Source of the DNA: Selaginella moellendorffii
Taxonomy: Eukaryota; Plantae; Lycopodiophyta
Length of the DNA stretch: 64,000 nucleotides
Assembly: GCF_000143415.4 (NCBI RefSeq)
Contig: NW_003314291.1
Coordinates: 1,654,517-1,718,516, forward strand
Direction of reading: 5' to 3'
Positions 20,451-32,643 of this stretch are shown in pieces. The position numbers were made by a program, and so were the translations under genes. The notes under the pieces were generated by a model. The model ran no database searches and was not told the DNA's origin. It saw only the letters and a list, made by a program, of their open reading frames with translations. How positions within the stretch are numbered: position 1 is the stretch's first letter; the number at the start of each line of letters is the position of its first letter.

Positions 20451-23400
20451 TTCCACGTGTCATGTGTTGGTCCTTTTGGGTCCCTTTTTGGAGCCTCGCT
20501 TATTGCTCGCTTTGTGCTCATTCCTCGAGCACTTCGTTAGGAGTTCCACTCCCGCTCTCGACCTTTCAAGTCGGAGCTTTTGGCCCAAACATGTTACACT
20601 CGTTTGGCTTTCGCTTCGGCCACTACCACGTGGCACCCTTCCGGCTCCACTTTGGGGCCTAGGGATTTTGTGTCTCACAACTCCACCACCCATACACGAA
20701 GTTCGATGTCCTCATCGAATGGTAAACCACTTTATAAAGTAACATCCGCATGTGTTACCATTTCCATCCTTGGCACCTAGCCAATATTTGTCAATGGTTT
20801 GACATTGAAGGCTCACCATGCCTTCTCCATATTTGTCAATGGTTTGACATTGAAGGCTCACCATGCCTTTTGCATATTCCTCAATGGTTTGACACCAAAG
20901 GCTCACCATGCCTTGCCTATCCTCTAAGGAGGGTAGTCTCCCCAACTTAGAGACTGATTGGACCACATGTAGTGGTTCTCGCTAAACCTCTTAGAGACCC
21001 TTCTCTAAGTCAATCCCACTACTCCTTCTCGAGTAGTCTCAATTTCCATCTATTGAACGTTTGCACCTTGGAACTTTTACTCTTTTGACTTTTGGAAGTC
21101 AATTTCCTAGGTGTCTCCAACACCTTGCATTGCACAGATTGTGCAACTCCACTTCCCCATCCTAGGAAGTTCATTACTTGAGGGCACCATCATCCTCTCT
21201 TCTATTTCGTGCCACCTTGGGCACTAAGTTCCATTTATCATACTTTGTGCTAGGGCTGTCCATGGCCCTATCATTTGGCTACCTTACCACTCCCTCACTT
21301 GGAGCTTTTACTTCGCCAAATTGGAACACTTAGGAATCCATCCTTGGAAGTCCACTTCCTTTCCCACAAGCTGTTAGCATCGAACACATTAGTGTTCCTT
21401 GGCTAACTTTGCCATTTGGATCCCTTCCATTAAATTCCATGGCCCAAACTTGGCCACTAGTCCTTTGCTCCTATCCTTGATTGTTGCACCTAGCAACATC
21501 GGATCGCTACCTCCATTTTTGAGGTATCCTTTAGGTTCCATAGCAAAGACTCTTCTTTGCCAAGTCTGGAGGATGTTCACCCCTAGTACGTCTCTTTAGC
21601 ATCTTCTGCTATGGGCTCTATCCACGGCCCAACTTCGTGACCCTCCCATGGGTCTTTTATAGAGACTACTTTCCTCAGACTCACTATGCCATCGCACGGA
21701 CATAGTTTATTTCCCTTATGTGCTCTTCCCACTTGGTCATCACGACCAAGCCACACCATCTTAAACAGTTCAATTTCAACATTTTGAACCAGGAACTTCA
21801 TTCCTTAGCCAACCAAGGACCTTGTCCTTATATGGCCATAAGATCACCTAGTGATCTCACCTTGGCACCTTAACAGAGTTGCCAAGAGGTACTTGGTCTT
21901 CTAGACCTCCAAGTTGTTGAGTATAACCCCGGGGGCATCCCCCACACTTGGTGGTGCACCCAAGCTAGCCCTTACGGCCAAGGGTTCATAGCAACTGAGA
22001 TTAGGTGTCCCCATCTCACTCACCACGACCTTGGTGCCACTTGCACCAAAGCGTTCAAGTTAGATATGCCGAGCTTTCACACTAAGCAATCTAACCGTGC
22101 ATCACGACTCCGAGGCATCCCTCGCTTGGCGGTGTGCCCAAACCAGTTTCCCCACTGAGAGTCCATGACCACCGAAATATGAGTGTCCTCATATTCCAAA
22201 CCATCACCACGCCCTAGTGATTTGGGACTCGAACCCAAGCACTAGAGGGTCGGGACTCGAACCCAACCTCCGTATATGCATCTACGGACGGCATCACCTA
22301 GGATGCCTGGCGTGACTCCCCACACCGGTCCACCAACTTATACTCAAAGCGCGCTATAGATCACAGCTTAGGAACCTAGTTCCTCCCCACTGCCAAGTCC
22401 TCTCACTTGACAAGCCTGTGATCATGCATGGACTCCTCCATGCTTGGCCCCATGGCCCACCCTTTTTGAAGTTATCACCTTCAACTAGGGTATTTGTTCC
22501 CCTGACTTGCCAATCTCGCTTTGGCAAGTCCTTCGACCACTGTAACATGGTTCCTGCACAAGCGTGAAAGCCCTTGATCATCGACTTTCGTTCAAAGCCT
22601 TCTCTTTGAACACTTGGGAACTACTTCCCTAACCTTGATAGCTTGCCTTATGGCAAGCTTCAAGACCACGCTTCTACTGCGCCACTCTAATTTCGCGCGT
22701 TCCTTGAACCATTTATGCTTGGCCTTTCTAGGTACTAAGCTACCTAGAATCCTCTTTGGGAACCTTGAAGGAACTCTGTCCCTTAGCTTGCTAAAGCCCC
22801 CCCTTTCTGCAAGCTTTCCCAATTACCATATAGTCTAACATGGACAGTTCCATATTTTAGACTCTCCATGGCATCACGGTTGCTAGTGGCAACACCCTCG
22901 AGCCCCCACTTGACTCTCCACTCCCAGCTGGCATAACCAACCTTGGTTATGCCCTTCGATTCCTATGGTTCGGTTCTATCCCCTTACTTCTTGCTTTTGG
23001 CTTCACACCTTTCTTTTGGTCATTCTCCTCCAGACCAGGAGGATAGCTTTGCACTTTCTATCATGCCTTAACAAGTATTCTTAGGGATGAACCTACCCGA
23101 TAGCCTAGGGAGTGGTTCCTCAATCCAGGTATGCTCACCCTATAATCCCACACACCGGGATTACGTTGTTGCTTACGGGCCTTTGCATGCCCATCGCTAG
23201 CCTTGCCAAAATTCCACTTTTGGCTTTGTCCAATTCGAGTAGACAGTCTTCTCCTGTCTCTGCCACCTTGGACATTTGGATAGCACCTACTATCCATCAT
23301 TCGCTAGGGACTTAGTCCCTTGGGCCTTATCTACTGCCCTCGCGACATCCAACACCACCTCCTGGTGTTCTAGAGTGTTCGGGTGTCCTAATAACGGCTT

Positions 23401-24807
23401 CCTTGACAATGAGTATTTCCTTTTACGACATTGACTTACTATATCGCAACATAAACAACTTATCCCTCGTAAGGGTATATCTAACTTCCTTATGCCATTA
23501 AGAAGTCTTGGGTAGTTACCTTCTACCCATTTAACCAATTATCTTGCACCTCTTGCTTAGTTGCCTCATAGTTGTCAAGTCCTACAACTCATTGCTTGGT
23601 GCTTCCTCACCTCCATCATTATCTGGGTCACCACACTCCAACTGCATGCTCTGCAGCTTAGGCTATGCCATTCCCTTTTCCATTGGGATTCCTTTGGCAA
23701 GGGGTTCTCATGAACCCACCAACATAGCCTCAATGTATCACACCTTGGCACATTTGGTGTCTCCACACCATCGGCTCCACAAGCCTACCTCTATGACACT
23801 TCTTCTTTGTGTCTAAGTCTTTGCCAAGACCAATACCACTCTTTCTCATGCCAACCATCTGTTAGCATTGCATCATAGAGGTCACACACAATTTTGTGTC
23901 AAAGTTGTTTTTTTTTTTTTTTTTTGGGAACACCTTTCCCACGACTTTAGCATGGCATATTTTGCCATCGATGAGATACCCTCTGTTCTCATCCTTGGAT
24001 CCTATGATCCCCCCCCATCCTTTGTGGGGTACAACACACCTCAGTCCAAATGCTTCCATCAGTCCTTTTAGGACCATCCCTTGACTCTACTTGAGTCATC
24101 CAGCAGTTTTGGACTTGGTTAATCCACAGACCCGTAAGGTCCTACTTGTGAGGCACTAGCTCACTGGAATACACTTCTTGCATTCCTGTCCTACTCAAAA
24201 GGACTATTTTCACAAGTGTTACTCTGACACTTGATTTTGTTCTCTGGGGGCAACCTTTGCCCCTTAGGACTACTTGTCCATGTGATGAGAATACCAACTC
24301 ATCCACTTAATACACCCCCAACTCCTTGGGTTGTTCCAGCATTTATTAGAGGTAGCCCCGGCTACCATTTCGAGGACTCGTGTCCTCATCCATACTTGAC
24401 CTCTCACGGTCATCCATTCCGGTCTCACCTTCATGAGCACCAGCTTCAACTATGTGAGGATAAACTTGTGACTCCTTTATTGTTTTTGGAGTCTCTATCT
24501 TTCCCGTGATCCCAACTATAGTTGTTTACCACAACTACCTTAGCCAATTTGCTGAGACAAATGCTCATCCAGATCACATCCTCAACTCAATGAGGAAAAC
24601 CTTGCATTGTTCCCAAGATCCCAAAGTCATTCCATTATTGGCCCTTTTCTATCCACCACCTCGTCTACAAGTTCACACATGAACTGTAATGGAGAGCTAT
24701 GTCTTCCCGACTTGCTACTCCTCAAGGATAGGCCCACTCCTCAGACCTTCCGATGCCAACACTAGTGGTGATATACTTGAGCACCAATAAAAGTCGGACT
24801 AAGGAAC

Positions 24808-24820
24808 AGCTCTGATACCA
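24808..24820 (-). other. Primer binding site complementary to tRNA-iMet 3' end
   Basis: Minus strand TGGTATCAGAGCT, 3 nt from the LTR end. Confidence 0.9.
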
Positions 24821-26460
24821 AGTTGTAAGCGACTAATTTTTCCATTTCACTTAACCACACCTCCGACCACTTGGAGGAGTCTCGTTCACAACCTCCATAA
24901 GCCCAACTCAGGACTTGGGGCTTGCTAGCCCCGAGAATGGCATCCATGCCACTCAACCTTAGCACTTGGTCCAAGTGCTCCACGTGTCCGATCCCATGAT
25001 CGACACCCCAAGGTACCACCGACGTGTCGGCCCGTTACGCTAAGGCCATGCCCATTTACCTTGGTCACACTGGTGGTTCAACACCACCTACATTCCAATC
25101 CCATCTCTCAAAGACTGAGTCGTCCGTCCATGAGTGATCATCCCAGATCCAGTCCTTAACATCCTTAGGATGCCTACAGACATGGGGAATAGCCTTCCCC
25201 AATATCTCTGTTCCGGTCCCCACCAAGTCCCTTTCTGTCCTTGGCTGTGTTCGCCAACACTGCCACTGGATCAAGGCCCACCGGCCCGACCACTAAGTCC
25301 CACTATCCTCTAGGACTTCCTCACTGTGTGACTGTGTCCTTGGTTACCACACCAGAGGGCTACCCCTCTTCCTTTCCACAGTCTGGGACCTTGGGGCACC
25401 ATTTCGGAACACCGTGGCCTTACGCAAGCCTCATAGGTACTCTCCCCGCCTTTCGTCTTTAGGTGCTCTAGCCATGGGCTTAGAGCAGGGTTCCGTTGAG
25501 CCACACCAGGTATCCAAGTAGGTAGTGCCACCCACACTTGGACTGGGAGCATCGGCCAGTCGATCTCCCGGGGGAACTAGAGCCGGCTCTTGAACACTTC
25601 ACCAAGCTACCCCGCTTGTCGGTCCGTGTTCACTCTAGTCTTGGACTTCCCAGTGGGCAGCTCATCACCCAACACTGGGTGCGGCCTTCCTGGGCCAAAC
25701 TGGCCTTTCCTGGCCAAACTGGCTCCACTATGCTCTATTTTGTTAAAGTGGGATTTATTCAGTAAAATGGGACTAGGTACAAATTTTCAAGTATTTGAAA
25801 ATGACGTGAAATTATATGTTTTTTGTCCAGGGGCTAGACATATCTGGGGCATGGTGACTAGCGCGGTGACTTTATGTCCAGACTGAGTCCATCTGGTTGT
25901 ATAATAAATCTCATTGTCAAGGTGAACAAGCCGAATCTGAAGCTAAAGAAGAGCGATGGCATGCGCGCACACACTATTTGTTTGTTCATTGAGCGTGTGG
26001 TGAGCTTTCCAAGATGAACGTCATTCCTATTAGCCAGACATATAACTTAATGGTGAGAACATTTAGATATTATTCAATGTTATCTTTTTCTAACGAATCT
26101 AATTGTGAAGGTGTAGCAAGAGGAATTGCTAGTCTGGAGAAGTCATTTAACTCATTTGACCCTTAGTGTATTTTCATGAAACTAAATAACATTCATATTA
26201 TTAAGGAATTTCTCTAGTACCTTTTTTTTACGACATAGAGGCTTGCATTTCTTTCAAAGGTGATTTAGTAAAAGGCCTGAGGGCACATGCCATTCTATTT
26301 CTCAAACCGGTATTAAGATATACTAGTGCAAAGGGAAAAAGGTATTTGGTGATCAAGTAAATGGCATGAGGGCACACGCCATTATAAGCCTAAGCGCTAG
26401 TGGACACCTCCTTTTTGGTACTCTCAGCGGTACTATCATCCTTCTCCGGGTCAGTTGTTT

Positions 26461-29400
26461 TGCTCTTGCTGCATCTTTTGCATGGTCTGGCAAGGTGATG
26501 GTGGCACTCTGCTTCCGAATCCAACCATGCACAACATTATCCACCGATATGCTCATGCTGGGATCCCTTGGATTCAGCACCCATCTCTTTTCTAGGCAAT
26601 CGTTCGTATATCCGGAACTTGGCTTGAACCACTCCACAGTTACATTGAAGGAGTTAGTTTCCGCGTCCTCCTCTGCATCAGTGATGCAGCGCCCCACCCA
26701 TATCATTTGTTTTTTATTACTGGGTCTGACAAGCACGACCATTCCTTTGCAGACCTGTACTGGATTGAATGCTGAATCCGGCTTCTTGTTCCTCGGCCCA
26801 CAATAGTGATCCTCAACATCGTTATCTGTCACTGCATTTCCAGAGGACATTGTTCCGCTACTATCTGGTGCTCTGGGTTCTGGCCAAAAGGACTCTTCCA
26901 ATTCTTTATATACAACCGGCCCATTTTGGATAGCAGATATAATCTTCTCCCAGTATTCGAGCAAAGGCTTGCACCTCTGAAAATAGGATTCTCCACCAAA
27001 CACCAACCCCCTCTTCCAGAAGGCAATATGCTATCTAATCCCGGCCACTATACTTTCCTAGTCTTTGAGTCCATCCGGGTGCATCGGCCGTGGGGAACCC
27101 TGAGAAATCATAGGTTCCCCAGTTATGGGATCTCTCTTGAAGAGTTCAATGCCGTCCACTGGCAGCCACACTGTGTCCCATTCTCTCATCTTGTACCTCA
27201 TCACTGGAGCACCGTCACGCATGCTGAAATGAAACTGAAGAGGCTTGGAGTGGCCAATCAGCGTTTCGGATCCGTCCCTGATGTAGCCTCTTACAAACCC
27301 CTTAAAGTCTGGAACCTCTGTCAGAAGTGCAGCTTCAACAGTGCCTTTGATGCAATTTTGGAATTCATCGTAGAGTTGTGGGAGGGTGAGGACATTAGAT
27401 CGCCGGAGGGACTCTGCCAGGTGACTGAACATGGCATCGACGTCTTCATGAGTGTGCCCAACCATGAGAAAGCCAAGTGTAACCGTTTCAAATATGCCTT
27501 TGGCAACAAGCATCGCCAAGTACGCGAAGACGTACATGTTTTTGTTCTCACTGCCAGCATTGTCTGTTTGGAGCAGAAGATGGGGTGGAAGGCCACATCG
27601 GCCGCAAGAACTTCCTTGAGATTCTGCTTCGTTTGGATGAGGCTGTGCATTCACCGGGCGACCAGCCTCGTCGGAATGGCATGAGGCCTCACGTGATAAC
27701 CCTACAATCTGACGGCCAACATATTCACTGGGATGGCATGGGGCCCCACGCGATACTGCAAGCCTTTGCTCCTCCTCCAGCTGAACCCTGTATGGGGTTC
27801 GATCGACAAGGGCCTTATGCAAGGGTTGGCCGTTCAGCTCAGTTTGCGCACTTTGCAGAGACCTTAAGTGTTTTGCTAGGGACGCAATCATCATGTTTGC
27901 ACCCCCGCCACCCCATAGAGGTACAAAGAAGTTCCCATAGTTCTGGGCACCATGCCCATGAGCGATTATGCCAAACAGAGACACAGGCAGCTGCATGGAT
28001 GAAGAGATTGCCTTGGGGGTAGGATTGAGTCGAGGTAAGCACGTCTTTTTCTGGTCCATTTTGTCGTGGATGATGCAGAGGTAAGAGTCAGGTCTCTCCA
28101 TGGAGAGAATCCTGTTATGATAATATGCAGTCCTGCAGCTTCTCTGCTCGATGTTGTGGTCGAGCCGCCTTCTAACCAACGTCTCTCGCTCTTGAGCGCT
28201 GCAAGAATTCTTCGACAAAGCCATTTTGATAGCAGTGCACTCGTCACACTTTGAAAAGCTGGAGTACTTTCCTATACTCACATCCCTGAACCTGTTGCTC
28301 CACAATCTACTAAATCTAGATTGGCTCAGCTTCCTGTAGCCATTACTCTGGAGTTCCCGATTCACATCTTCCAATATGGCCCCCTTGGTATACATGGAAG
28401 GGAGAACTCGTTGGGTGTCTCGTGTTCCATCTTCCAAGAGGCGGCTTTTATGTGGTTGCTGCTCGCTACATGTCTCGACAAACCTCTTGAAGATTGCCTC
28501 TCCATATACAACATGACCCCTGGTTTTGTGCGTACCGTCGTTCCCATGGACTGCCTGTTGAACCCTTTGTTCCTCGAACTCAGTTTTGATTCTATAGAAT
28601 GTGGTTCGAGGGACTCCATAAATGATTCTCCATGCCTTCATGCAGACCAAACCCCTCTGGAAGACCATGCCCCCCACCTGATGTTCTGAAGCATCAACAG
28701 ATGACCGTAATGCCTCATACACAAAATTGCGAGCTGCCTTCCAGGACAATGTCTTGTATCTTGCTCTCTCCTCTTCAATAGCATCCCAATCAGCATGTTG
28801 ACAGCACCTCCTCTTGCAACAAGCAATTGTCGAGACCATTCGAACCTCCATCGCCATTTTTTGCCTTTTCGGTTCGTTGCTCAGATCCCTTTGGCTGCGC
28901 TTTAGGAAGGTGTACTTTCTTTTCCCATGAAGAGATGTTCTGTCATCAGTTGTAGTGGTGTTTGATTGTGAATCCTTCACATTCTCAAACACTAAGTGCC
29001 TCAATTTCCACCGCACAATGCTTCCAATAGTCAGACTGTTTTCTTCTGTGTCAACAACCTCTAAAATCGCAACTCCAATATCATCCCAGCCCAATTCTTG
29101 ATTAGCAACCGCATCTCTTGGATCGACAACTGTGGCTAAGCCCTCAGCTACCACCTCCCCCTCGGGGTTGTTTAGAAACACCTTTGCCTGAATCCTTGTA
29201 GCACGGTTCTTAAGATCCACGGAGGGAACATGCGTCGCACTTGCGCTGTCCCCAACATCTGCTTTCTTCTGAAGATTTTTCAAGGCAACAACAACATTTA
29301 CCCCGACGACCATCTCTCCTCGTTCAATAGCGACCACATTCCCATCGAAGACAGTTTCTACTGATACAGCAGCATTGCCTTCCCCAAGCCTTTGACAGTG

Positions 29401-29496
29401 TATAACAAAGTTCCGATCCATAGACACAAGGGTCCCTTTTGCAACTCTCTTCCCACCATTCAAAATGTAAACCTTTTCCCCAACCCTGAAGGCCAT
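26461..29496 (-). pseudogene. Transposase of copy 2: shared TAG (27031-27033), an additional TAG (27058-27060), and the 3' end deleted
   Basis: 812-aa ORF near-identical to 10743-13208; continues in frame into ORF 26353-27006; deletion junction at ~26461. Confidence 0.8.
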
Positions 29497-32400
29497 TCTG
29501 AAAGTGCAGAAAAGAAGTTAAGACCATACAAAAAATGATTGGAGAATGGCCTAAATCATAACATACCAAACAACCTCAATAGCATGAGGCCACATGCCAT
29601 TATTCAAACATGCTATTGACACCCACGTGAAATTTCGCATTCACAAAATTGGCATGAGGCCTCATGCCATCTTGATATACACACAGCTGCAGGCAAGTAA
29701 AAACATACATGACAATACGCTAGCCATGAAATTGCAAGGGCCCAAGATGGCATGTGGCCTCATGCCATTTCTAAATGTGGTCCTAAGCCATTCCATGGTG
29801 AACATACCAGGAAGCACAAGTGCCGAATATCAAGAGGAAGCGGTAGCCACACCAAAGACAGTGCCGCTCGCAACACCGCAACTGCTCGTAGCGCCGCTCG
29901 CAACACCGCAACTGCTCGTAGCGCCGCTCGCACAAACTGCCACTCGCATAAACTGCCGCTCGCAATGGCGCTCGCAATGCCGCAACCGCTTGTAGACGCA
30001 TAAACCACAGCTCACAACGCCGCTTACACAAGCAGCGCTCACTGCGCTCAGCGGAACCAAGAACACGGCGCACAAAAATGATAGACCTAGGAATGAGTTC
30101 GAGAATTCAAAAATAACACACGCTTGAACGTCACATCAAATCCTCTGACAAACCAGATCTTATGATTCCTCTGACAAATTTCAAACTGAGTAGCTTCTAG
30201 ACTTTGCTGTCGGAGGTTGAACTTTGTCACATCATGTCCTTGCCTCGATCCAGCTGTGCCATGTCAGTGATTCGAACTTTGCCATGCCATGTCAGCGATC
30301 CGCGCCAAGATTATTCGCCGTGTAAAGGAATAATTATGCTGTGTGTGTACGTCCATTTATGGCAATATAATGCCACATGCCATTCAAAGAATAATGCTCG
30401 ACATAAGGCCACACGCCATTCAAAGAATAATGCTAGTCGAGCATTTTTTGGTGCATTTTTGGGTTCAAAATTGCATGAGCCCACACGCTATAAAGTTTAC
30501 CTGTACCAAAAATAGAAACAGCTTTATTTACTTGGGAATTTAAGTGGTTGAGGCATTTTTAAACTTACAAACACATGCCCTACTTACATTCCTTTGGTTG
30601 CTTAAAATTCAAAAATATTATAAACCTTTCTTTTTGCATTTTCAATGTTTTCAATTATGGTTTTTGATTTTCGTAGGACCAGCCTAGTAATCTATTTGCA
30701 TCCCGTGATGTTTATAGCTAGCTTTCGTTTGTCCCCTTCGCTAGCCTGAGATACATCTGCTCGGCATCTGCCTCTTACAGCATTTGCCCAGAAAGGGCAT
30801 CTTTCTTCACGCAGCATTTGCCACATGTTTAGGGTTTAGGGTTTAGCAATTTAGTAGCTTGATAAACATGCAAATACAGAACTTGATGCAAAATCCTTTG
30901 ATATGTCACAATGCCCCTAGGACCATAAACACATTTCAATAGAGAGGGTCCTTTCATTTCATAACTCCTTACGTAGATCTTGGTGAAACCAGAGTTAGTG
31001 AAGTTAGTTTCTTGTGATCCCGCATCTGATTGTGATGTCCCTTTGCAGTGTCGATGGAAAGGTCAATGCACACCAAACTGTAAAATCTTGGAGCAAAATA
31101 ACGGTCGGATCTATGGCAAATGCCCCTGAAACATTGTAAGGCTCATGTGGTCTCATGTGGTGTCCGATCGAGATGCTTCTTTGCAGGGTCATCAAGAAAG
31201 ACATTGTATACCATTCTGTAAAATCTAGTTGCGATCTAACGGTTGGATCTCCAGAAAACTCAAAAAAATCTCGCGCGTGTCAGAATATCCTAGGAATATA
31301 CTCCTATGTGCCCCTGAAAATGGCATGCGGCCCCACGCCATTCAAGAGATAATGCCAGATGACGCCGAGAATTTTTTGGTGCATTTCTTGGGTTCAAAAT
31401 TGCATGAGCCCACACGCTATAAAGTTTATATTTGCCAAATAGAGAAAAGTTTATCTGTGTCATGTGAGGTAGTTACAGTCCTTTGTGCTTGGCATCTGCC
31501 TCTTGCAGCATTTGCACTGAAAGGGAATTTTTCTCCATTCAGCATTTGGCCCTGAAAATGGCATGCGCCCACACGCCATTGAAGGAATAACGCCACAGGA
31601 CGCCTGGATTTTTGGGTTTAAAATGTTTAGGGTTTTTCGGGTTTTTTCAAAATATTTTGGGTCCAACGTTTTTTGGGTTTCTTTGGTTCAAAATTGCATG
31701 AGCCCACACGCTATAATATTGATTTAAGAGAAAAATAGAAACAGATAGAATTTCTTTATTTAGCTGAACATCTGCCATTTTTGGAAATACAAGATGCTTT
31801 GGAATATCCAATCATGCATGGTATAAATATAGCGAGGGTATTAAATGATATCCCAATCATGATCTTTCTTTTGGATTTCGCGTGCATGCAATCCGAGGAA
31901 TGATGACGTTGCGGATTTCTTTTGGATTTTGCGTGCTTGCATGCGCGCGGCAATCCAGAAATTAATGGTGGCGCCCAAGTCCGAGGAATGATGACGTGGC
32001 GGGATTACCAACCGTTGTGACATTTCGCGCGTGTGAGGTTAGGTTTTGCATTTTGCTTTGTACTCGCGCTCGCACACTCGCGCTCGCGCTCCCGCTCGCA
32101 TCGCGCTCCCACTCGCGATCACGCTCACTTCTCTACAGGTTTCTCGTGTGCATCGGCGTCCACTCGCGCTTGCATCACACTCGCGCTCGTGTGCATCGGC
32201 GTCCACTTCAAGACACACCCAGTTTGTAACTTCGCCGCCAACTCCGCCGCCCACTCCGCCACCCACACGCAGCCCACTTGGCGTCCCGGGAGATTTCAGC
32301 GCCACTCTCCAACTGTAAGTGGCAGAGTAGCCTTGCTGCTACGATCCGCTGGCATGAGGCCACATGCCATTCAGTAGCAACATTGGCATGCACCGATTGG

Positions 32401-32643
32401 GCTCTCGAGTGCAGTCCGGTTACAGATGGCGTGTAGCCTCACGCCATCTTAGGATGCAGCCTCAAGACATCTGACGCGGTGGTGAATGGCGTGTGGCCTC
32501 ACGTTATTTCCAGCTGCTAGCTTTTCATCTGTCAGCTCTAATTGTTGTGCATTTCTGAACAGGCGAGGAATTGCGTTCTTCTTCCAGCCACTGTCAATGT
32601 GGATGCAGAGAAGGGGGAGGAGCTCACCAGTTGGACTTTCGGG

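Larger units (their letters stand above)
19034..25729 (-). mobile_element. Family A LTR retroelement (no recognisable coding capacity, LARD-like); 5' LTR interrupted by DNA transposon copy 2
   Basis: 3' LTR 19034-20679; 5' LTR part 24824-25729 nearly identical to it; PBS adjacent to the 5' LTR; purine tract adjacent to the 3' LTR; no long ORF internally. Confidence 0.85.
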
